A stretch of 27,956 nt of DNA. It comes from Schleiferiaceae bacterium. Its GTDB lineage: Bacteria; Bacteroidota; Bacteroidia; Flavobacteriales; Schleiferiaceae. Both the position numbers and the translations under genes were made by a program. This document shows positions 25,244 through 27,956 of this stretch, piece by piece. Each line of letters starts with the position of its first letter. Position 1 is the first letter of the stretch. The stretch lies in assembly GCA_044352085.1 (NCBI GenBank), contig JBILEM010000001.1, forward strand, positions 1-27,956, read 5' to 3'. The notes beneath the pieces were generated by a model. The model had not been told where the DNA came from. It ran no database searches and worked only from the letters and a program-made list of their open reading frames with translations.

Positions 25244-25273
25244 CAAAAGTACGTCTCACCGGCCTTTCGCCAA
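25244..25273 (-). promoter_or_regulatory. sucD promoter: TTG-N19-TACTTTTG
   Basis: Minus-strand TACTTTTG at 25244-25251 and TTG at 25271-25273, the latter inside the 3' end of the S46 gene. Confidence 0.75.
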
Positions 25274-27340
25274 TGCCATTTCTTCAACCAAATGCGGTGC
25301 ATCGCCCACTTTTTCGATGGTCCAAAGGACAAAGCGAATGTCTACCATAACATTGCGGCAAATGGATTCGTCGAACCGGTAATCGGACATGGTACCTTCC
25401 CAAACGCGGTCGAAATTGATGCCAATCAAGCGGCCTTTGGCGTCCAATGCGGGGGAGCCGCTGTTGCCTCCGGAGGTGTGGTTGCTGGCAATAAAGCACA
25501 CGGGAAGCTGTCCATTGGGGAGGGCATACCTTCCGTAGGACTTGGTGCGGTAAAGTGCTTGCACCTTGGGGTCTACATCGAACTCGTAATCCCCGGGAAT
25601 GTATTTGGCCATGTAGCCGTCCAACGTGGTTTGGTAGCCGTATTCGACTCCGTCTGCAGGAGCATAAGGACGCACCGTTCCCGTGGCCAAGCGCAAGGTG
25701 GAATTGGCATCCGGATAGAGCGTTTGGGCGGCGTCGGGCGCTTGGAGAAAGCGCTCCATGTGCTGCCGAAGAGCTGGCGCGGCGGTCTTGTTAAAGTCGC
25801 GAATCCCGGGCAAAAGCGCCGATGTTTGCCACTCGTTCAATTTTGTATACGCTTGGTAAGCAGGGTCTTGCTTGGCTGTACTCAACCAAAGAGCAAAGTC
25901 TGATTGAAGCAAGTTCAACGACGCATCGGGCTGTGCCAAAAGCCCGTTGTACAATCCATTGATGTCAGGCGTCAACTCGGTTGCGGCAGGAACCAAGAGC
26001 CCGGGAAATTGTTGGGGAGCTTCCACCAACCAATACCGGACGGTTTTTTTAAGAGCGCGGCGGTCCAATTCGGGGTTGTATTCTTTGTAAAAGGCTTCCA
26101 CGGATTGTTGGATCTCTGCCGGGGTCCCTTTGCTGTTCACCAATGCAACCAATTGGCCCAACTCCCAACCGCGGGCGATGGACTCTACCCATAATTCCCT
26201 AGATGTTAACAGCTTAGACGCCTTGGACATTTCGGAATCCAGCCATGCGGTGGACTCCTTTCCTGCGGGAAGCAGCCGGGATTCTTGGCGGGCCCGCAAC
26301 TGAGCCAAGCCGTCGGTCCGGTCCATCCCCAAATTCACCCCGATCCATTTTTTGTAGGCATTGGCCGACGAGGCGTACTTGCTGGCGTAGGCGATTTTGA
26401 TGGCCGGATTCACGCGCATGGCGCTGTCCCAGGTTCCCAACAAGCGCTCACGAATGGCAATACGCACCGGATTCAACTCCTCCACGGCATGTTGCACCCA
26501 CGATACGGGCAAGTACTCTTCGGTCCGTCCGGGAAAACCATAGACCATGGTAAAGTCGCCTTCCTTTACCCCGTCCAGGGATACTTTCAAGGGATTGGCT
26601 ACGTACAAGGGAACATTGTCTGCACGGTACGGTGCAGGTTTACCGCTGGGCGATGCATACACCCGGAAAACCGAAAAATCGCCGGTGTGGCGCGGCCACA
26701 TCCAATTGTCCGTATCGGAACCGAATTTGCCGATGCTGCTGGGCGGTGTCCCTACCAAACGGACGTCGCTGTAGCGCTCGGCCACAATAAGAATGTACTG
26801 CAGGCCGTAGTAAATGGGTTTTACCGAATAGAGCAAGGCTCCGTTCTTGCTCTTGCGTTCCGCGACCAACGCGGCTGTGTTTTTGGCAACGGTCGATTCG
26901 CGCTCGGCTTCCGACATCTGCGGGGTAACGTCTTTTAAAATCGACGTAGATACATCTTCCATGGAGCGGATAAAATCCACAAACAAGTCGGGATTGGGCT
27001 TTTCTTCTCCTTTGTTTTTGGCCCAGAATCCGTGCGTCAAATAGTCGTTTTCCAAGGAAGAATGCGACTGAATGGCGTCGTATCCGCAGTGGTGGTTGGT
27101 CAAGATCAGTCCTTGGTTGGACACTACCTCGCCGGTGCAAAATCCACCAAAATGCACGATGGCATCTTTGAGGCTTGAACGGTTGGCGTCGTACACCTCC
27201 CGAGCGGTCAACCGCAAACCGCTTTTCTTCAATTCGGACGACCGGGTTTGTAGCAAATACGGCAACCACATTCCTTCGCCGGCCTTTACGGGCAGTCCGG
27301 CAACCAGATGCACCAAAGCAAGTACAAATAATTTCTTCAT
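25256..27340 (-). CDS. S46 family dipeptidyl peptidase (DPP11-like) with signal peptide
   Basis: EGMWLP, GFCTGEVVS, TNHHC (His), WPRHTGDFS (Asp), GGNSGSP (Ser), NFDRVWEG. Confidence 0.93.
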   Translation of the reverse strand: MKKLFVLALVHLVAGLPVKAGEGMWLPYLLQTRSSELKKSGLRLTAREVYDANRSSLKDAIVHFGGFCTGEVVSNQGLILTNHHCGYDAIQSHSSLENDYLTHGFWAKNKGEEKPNPDLFVDFIRSMEDVSTSILKDVTPQMSEAERESTVAKNTAALVAERKSKNGALLYSVKPIYYGLQYILIVAERYSDVRLVGTPPSSIGKFGSDTDNWMWPRHTGDFSVFRVYASPSGKPAPYRADNVPLYVANPLKVSLDGVKEGDFTMVYGFPGRTEEYLPVSWVQHAVEELNPVRIAIRERLLGTWDSAMRVNPAIKIAYASKYASSANAYKKWIGVNLGMDRTDGLAQLRARQESRLLPAGKESTAWLDSEMSKASKLLTSRELWVESIARGWELGQLVALVNSKGTPAEIQQSVEAFYKEYNPELDRRALKKTVRYWLVEAPQQFPGLLVPAATELTPDINGLYNGLLAQPDASLNLLQSDFALWLSTAKQDPAYQAYTKLNEWQTSALLPGIRDFNKTAAPALRQHMERFLQAPDAAQTLYPDANSTLRLATGTVRPYAPADGVEYGYQTTLDGYMAKYIPGDYEFDVDPKVQALYRTKSYGRYALPNGQLPVCFIASNHTSGGNSGSPALDAKGRLIGINFDRVWEGTMSDYRFDESICRNVMVDIRFVLWTIEKVGDAPHLVEEMALAKGR

Positions 27341-27344
27341 GTAT

Positions 27345-27367
27345 CAAAGGTAAGGAAGGTATCTTTG
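27345..27367. promoter_or_regulatory. Back-to-back -7 elements (TACCTTTG minus 27345-27352; TATCTTTG plus 27360-27367)
   Basis: Two exact TAnnTTTG matches, each 4 nt from its ATG, in a 31-bp divergent spacer. Confidence 0.7.
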
Positions 27368-27371
27368 TGGC

Positions 27372-27956
27372 ATGAAACGCTTTATGCTCCCCCTCGCGGC
27401 GGCAGGTGCCTTGCTCCTGACCGGCTGCCAATCCCAAATGGAGGTTTCTGTGGATTTAACCAACTGGAACCCCACAGACACCGGCAAGGTTTGGGCCCGA
27501 TTTGTTCAAGTAACCGACGACAACGTAAAAGCGCTGGACAGCGCTTTGGTGGAAGACGGGCATGTGGAACTGAAAGCCGAGTTAACCGGTCCTCAAATTT
27601 TCTTCGTTCAAATCGATGGAATTCAGCCTCCGGTCATGTTGTTTGGCTGGAAGGAATCCATTGACGTTACGGGCGATGCCGGAATTGTTCCCTTTACCCC
27701 TTCGTTTACGGGGTCGGATTTTGCCGACAGTTTGTCTGCCTTTACCAAAAACCAATCGGATTTCCAAGCCCAGGCCCGCCAAATGGAGGGCGAGTACGGC
27801 CGCGCCATGCAAACCGGCGATTTGGCCACGGCCGAAGCCCTTACCCAACGGTTTTCGACGATGTACGAAGGCAATGAGGCCTACTTAACCCGTTTTGCGG
27901 GCAACAATGGGGTTTTGGGCGCTTTTGTGGCCAACCGATACCTGTACCAAGCGGAC
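27372..27956 (+). CDS. Lipoprotein, DUF4369-like N-terminal domain (family often fused to a TlpA/redoxin domain), partial
   Basis: Not in the ORF track. MKRFMLPLAAAGALLLTGCQ has an LTGC lipobox, then LDSALVEDGHVEL...PQIFFV...SFTGS and a helical region. Open to the window end. Any redoxin domain would lie beyond the window. Confidence 0.7.
   Translation, partial: MKRFMLPLAAAGALLLTGCQSQMEVSVDLTNWNPTDTGKVWARFVQVTDDNVKALDSALVEDGHVELKAELTGPQIFFVQIDGIQPPVMLFGWKESIDVTGDAGIVPFTPSFTGSDFADSLSAFTKNQSDFQAQARQMEGEYGRAMQTGDLATAEALTQRFSTMYEGNEAYLTRFAGNNGVLGAFVANRYLYQAD

Noticed and set aside
4984-25524. KOPS-like GGGNAGGG octamers: six point towards dif (4984 and 9082 plus; 15596, 15602, 21140 and 22151 minus) and two away (5258 minus, 25517 plus)
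   Set aside because: Hand count is not exhaustive, numbers are too small, and the KOPS motif of this lineage is not known to me. Suggestive only.
1-27956. CRISPR arrays, tRNA/rRNA genes, IS elements
   Set aside because: No regularly spaced repeats, cloverleaf motifs, rRNA signatures or transposase ORFs seen, and intergenic gaps are mostly too short.

Overview
A compact (~50-55% GC by eye) chromosomal segment of a Bacteroidota bacterium, probably Flavobacteriales. This is inferred from TAnnTTTG promoter elements, the absence of Shine-Dalgarno motifs, and the clpC/gyrA/TPR and DUF493/AAA/recQ/fmt/hup gene blocks. It holds 24 protein genes, two of which run off the window edges and are missed by the ORF track. 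The most notable region is 4.8-10.9 kb, a DNA-damage cassette: CI-like (XRE HTH + S24 peptidase) non-canonical LexA, catalytically intact DinB, SRAP/HMCES protein and DnaE2-type polymerase. A tandem array of operator-like palindromes (TGCTA-N7-TAGCA type) lies before the repressor, and a degenerate copy lies before SRAP. The cassette ends exactly on a 28-bp XerCD dif-like site (TCAGAACATAA-TTAATA-TTATGTTAAAT, 10841-10868), whose XerC arm and spacer encode the last codons and stop of dnaE2. Upstream are a tail-less SSB and a divergent Zn-ribbon protein of unknown function, separated by a palindrome-rich AT spacer. The right half is housekeeping (gyrA, clpC, recQ, fmt, hup, pdxH, sucD, S46 dipeptidyl peptidase). 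I found no rRNA, tRNA, CRISPR array, transposase or integrase. All family assignments come from motif recognition by eye, not database searches.
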